DNA of 57,740 bases from Candidatus Falkowbacteria bacterium (GTDB lineage Bacteria; Patescibacteriota; Patescibacteriia; Patescibacteriales; UBA12465): NCBI GenBank assembly GCA_009885285.1, contig VFKX01000060.1, positions 1-57,740 of the forward strand, in the 5' to 3' direction. The translations under genes were made by a program, and so were the position numbers. The notes under the pieces were generated by a model. The model ran no database searches. It saw nothing but the letters and a program-made list of their open reading frames with translations, and had not been told where the DNA came from. This document shows, in pieces, positions 55,052-57,740 of this stretch (position 1 is the first letter of the stretch; each line of letters opens with the position of its first letter).

Positions 55052-56110
55052 TTAATCAATGAGCACCGGCGCTTTTTCAGCTTCAATAGCTTTGGCTGTA
55101 TAAAGGTTACCGCGGAGGCATTGATAGCCCGCGAAATGTTCCTTACTATAAGTATCCATGCCGATATAGGACGCTTGTTTCGCTGCTTCCGCAATGGAAT
55201 CTGTCCGGAAGGTCGCGCATAATTCAAATTCCTTATCACTCAGCTTATTATATATAATTGGCGCCTTTGTTTCTGGATCCATCAAGACATTCTCATTAAA
55301 GTAATTACGCTTATCAGCCTTAAGCTCATCAAGGCTGGCCGGCAATTTTTTATTGGTATCATAATAGCTATTCATGGCATTCTCGATGCTATAAATATTC
55401 TGAACTAAGGCAGAATCTAAACGGCGATTGCGGGCCGTCTTCGGGGACTCCACAAAGAACCAAGCGGCTATAAAAGCAGCCAGGACTAGAGCGGCAGTCG
55501 CGAAGAAAAAGATCTTAACTATCTTATCTTTCTTCTCTGGCTGTTCGCGCTTGATGTCATAGAAATAGAAAGAGAAAGTAATACCGGAAATAAAGAGCAT
55601 AGTGACGGCTTTCAAGATGAAGCGGCCGGTCAATTCACCGGACAGGAAATTATTGATGACGCCAATAAATACTCCCAGAATAATCATGGAAGAAATCAGC
55701 ACGATAAAATAAGTCAGCCAGCGGCGGATAGCTGAATCTTTTTCTAATTCGCCTTTATGCAGACCCTTGTGAATCAGAGTAGAAATGAAATAGAAAATCG
55801 GAGCGGCAATAAAGAGAGCGGAAATCGCGAACTTCAATTGATTGTCGACGTTACTATAGCTGTTTAAGACATCAGGGATGAGCTTGTCGATAATACTGAA
55901 CAGAATCATACCGAACGACAGAGCGGTAAAGATCAGCGCGACGAGCGAGAGGAGGTAATAAAAAGCGTACTTGGCGTTGTGCTTGTTATTCATATTGTTG
56001 TTATATCCTTCCCGTTGGGCTATGACAATCGGAATGATGACTAGCGCGAGAAGGAGTAAAATTATAAACATAGTTATTATAGAACCAGAATAAATACCGA
56101 ACATAGACAT
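55052..56110 (-). CDS. Hypothetical polytopic membrane protein (DUF5671-like N-terminal half)
   Basis: About 6 TM helices followed by a soluble C-terminal domain. Confidence 0.55.
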   Translation of the reverse strand: MSMFGIYSGSIITMFIILLLLALVIIPIVIAQREGYNNNMNNKHNAKYAFYYLLSLVALIFTALSFGMILFSIIDKLIPDVLNSYSNVDNQLKFAISALFIAAPIFYFISTLIHKGLHKGELEKDSAIRRWLTYFIVLISSMIILGVFIGVINNFLSGELTGRFILKAVTMLFISGITFSFYFYDIKREQPEKKDKIVKIFFFATAALVLAAFIAAWFFVESPKTARNRRLDSALVQNIYSIENAMNSYYDTNKKLPASLDELKADKRNYFNENVLMDPETKAPIIYNKLSDKEFELCATFRTDSIAEAAKQASYIGMDTYSKEHFAGYQCLRGNLYTAKAIEAEKAPVLID

Positions 56111-56113
56111 AAC

Positions 56114-57505
56114 CTAGAATTCAGCATTCTTCGGCGTACGCGGGAACGGGATGACATCGCGGATATTAGCCATGCCGGACAAGTACATTATCGCGCGCTC
56201 AAAACCGAGACCGAAGCCGGCGTGCTTAACGGAGCCGAAGCGGCGTAAATCGAGATACCAGCCATAGTCCTTAATATCGAGGCCAAGCTCCTTCATCCGG
56301 GCAACCAGGTTGTCATAACGCTCCTCTCTTTGACTGCCGCCAATAATCTCACCGATTCCCGGAACCAATAGATCCATGGCCGCTACCGTTTTATTATCCT
56401 CATTCAAGCGCATATAAAAGGCTTTGATTTCTTTCGGATAATCAATGACGAAGACCGGCTTCTGATAAACTTTGTCAGTCAGATAACGCTCGTGTTCTGT
56501 CTGCAGATCAATTCCCCATTTCACCGGATAAGTAAACTTTTCTCCTGACTTCTCTAAAATTTCAATAGCCTCGGTATAGGTAATTCGGCCGAAATCAGAG
56601 CCCACGATATTCTGCAAGCGCTCCATTAAAGTAGGGTCAATAAATTTATTAAAAAATTCCATCTCCTCCGGCAATTCTTTCAACACATAGGTAATCAAGT
56701 ATTTCAACATTCTTTCAGCTAAGGCCATGTCATCCTGAATGTCAGCAAAAGCCATTTCCGGCTCCATCATCCAGAATTCTGAAGCATGACGAGTTGTATT
56801 AGAGTTCTCTGCCCGGAAGGTCGGCCCAAAAGTATAAACCTTGTTTAACCCCATCACTAAAGCTTCGGCATTCAATTGTCCGCTAACAGTTAGTCCGGCT
56901 TTCTTGCCGAAAAAATCTTCACTGTAATCAATTTCACCTTTATCGTTCTTAGCCGGATTTTTCAAATCAAGAGTTGTCACTTGAAACATCTCGCCAGCTC
57001 CCTCAGCATCGCTCGTAGAAATAATCGGGGTATGGATATAATTAAAACCTTCTTCCTGGAAGAATTTATGAATCGCATAGCTCAAAGTTGAGCGCAGACG
57101 AAAAACAGCCGAGAAGGTATTGCTGCGGCCGCGCAGATGAGCAATCTCGCGTAAGAATTCAAAACTATGTTTCTTCTTCTGCAGGGGAAAGTCTTCCGGG
57201 GCGCGATTGATGATGGTAATATTTTTAGCCTTCAACTCGAAAGCTTGGCCGGCTGCCGGAGATTCGATAAGCTCGCCCTCGATTTCTAAAGATGAACCGA
57301 CGCTGATATTTTCTACTTCAGAAAAATTCGGCAAAGCGCTGTCAAAAACAATCTGCAAGCTCTTGAAAAATGATCCGTCATTTAATTCAATGAAACCGAA
57401 TTCCTTAGAAGATCGGGCGGTCCGCACCCAGCCGGCGACAGTCATCGTTTTATTCAAATGAGCGGCCGTGTCTTTATATAATGATTTAATGAGAGTGTAG
57501 GACAT
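56114..57505 (-). CDS. asnS: Asparaginyl-tRNA synthetase
   Basis: [21 protein letters not shown] and [12 protein letters not shown] motifs. 463 aa. Confidence 0.9.
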   Translation of the reverse strand: MSYTLIKSLYKDTAAHLNKTMTVAGWVRTARSSKEFGFIELNDGSFFKSLQIVFDSALPNFSEVENISVGSSLEIEGELIESPAAGQAFELKAKNITIINRAPEDFPLQKKKHSFEFLREIAHLRGRSNTFSAVFRLRSTLSYAIHKFFQEEGFNYIHTPIISTSDAEGAGEMFQVTTLDLKNPAKNDKGEIDYSEDFFGKKAGLTVSGQLNAEALVMGLNKVYTFGPTFRAENSNTTRHASEFWMMEPEMAFADIQDDMALAERMLKYLITYVLKELPEEMEFFNKFIDPTLMERLQNIVGSDFGRITYTEAIEILEKSGEKFTYPVKWGIDLQTEHERYLTDKVYQKPVFVIDYPKEIKAFYMRLNEDNKTVAAMDLLVPGIGEIIGGSQREERYDNLVARMKELGLDIKDYGWYLDLRRFGSVKHAGFGLGFERAIMYLSGMANIRDVIPFPRTPKNAEF

Positions 57506-57516
57506 AGGATTAGAGA

Positions 57517-57740
57517 TTATTTTTTTATCGGCTTAAGAGTGATATTTAATTCATCAATTAGGGCTACGTCGACTTCAGCCGGAGAATTAGTCATCAAGTC
57601 GCGGCCCTGAGCATCCTTCGGGAAAGCATAGATGTCACGAATTGAGTCCCAATCATTTAAAACCATCAGTAAGCGATCAACCCCCGGGGCATTGCCGCCA
57701 TGAGGCGGAGCACCATATGAAAAAGCATTAATCATCGCTC
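57517..57740 (-). CDS. aspS: Aspartyl-tRNA synthetase, C-terminal part (5' end outside the window)
   Basis: [29 protein letters not shown] is class II motif 3. The reading frame is open to the window edge. Confidence 0.8.
   Translation of the reverse strand, partial: AMINAFSYGAPPHGGNAPGVDRLLMVLNDWDSIRDIYAFPKDAQGRDLMTNSPAEVDVALIDELNITLKPIKK

Noticed and set aside
1-57740. CRISPR arrays, rRNA genes, transposases, integrases, reverse transcriptase/DGR, alternative genetic code.
   Set aside because: No regularly spaced repeats, rRNA-like conserved strings or recognisable transposase, integrase or reverse transcriptase motifs were seen in any frame. TGA clearly functions as a stop, for example at the end of greA.

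Overview
A 57.7-kb, gene-dense window, mostly transcribed on the minus strand. It uses the standard code: TGA is a stop, for example at the greA/GT2 ATGA overlap. The content looks like a small-genome Patescibacteria/CPR-type bacterium, though this is inferred from gene content and not from a search. Supporting signs are an archaeal-type ProRS ending in Tyr, AsnRS next to AspRS, very large secreted proteins with thrombospondin-type-3 Asp repeats, many signal-anchored hypothetical proteins and little metabolism. Housekeeping genes recognised from their translations are lemA plus a TPM partner, proS, typA, ABC-F, malic enzyme, greA, rpoD-dnaG, scpA-scpB, a D-Ala-D-Ala carboxypeptidase, asnS and the aspS 3' end. 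Five things stand out. (1) A translationally coupled minus-strand operon (31460-36362) encodes a divergent Tmk-like kinase, an MtaD/COG0402-type amidohydrolase, a B12-binding radical SAM enzyme, a SPASM radical SAM enzyme and a Nudix hydrolase. No precursor peptide is visible, so I read it as a candidate nucleotide-analogue or modified-nucleoside pathway, possibly antiviral. (2) A tRNA-Asn(GUU) gene is split in its anticodon loop by a 547-nt group I intron that carries an HNH endonuclease ORF with its own extended -10 box. (3) An accessory stretch between that tRNA and rpoD holds a nucleotidyltransferase, an HTH-metallophosphoesterase fusion and five tiny ORFs, mostly zinc-ribbon. (4) A cell-surface protein cluster (9370-19200) shares a 4-Cys W-x2-W module, a C-terminal ~45-aa repeat and a conserved promoter element. 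(5) There are also three tandem small paralogs, an orphan promoter-terminator unit (sRNA candidate), paired operator-like inverted repeats and a recurrent TCTTTAACAAT motif in 5' leaders. No CRISPR array, rRNA, transposase, integrase or reverse transcriptase was seen. All product calls come from reading motifs by eye; no database was searched.
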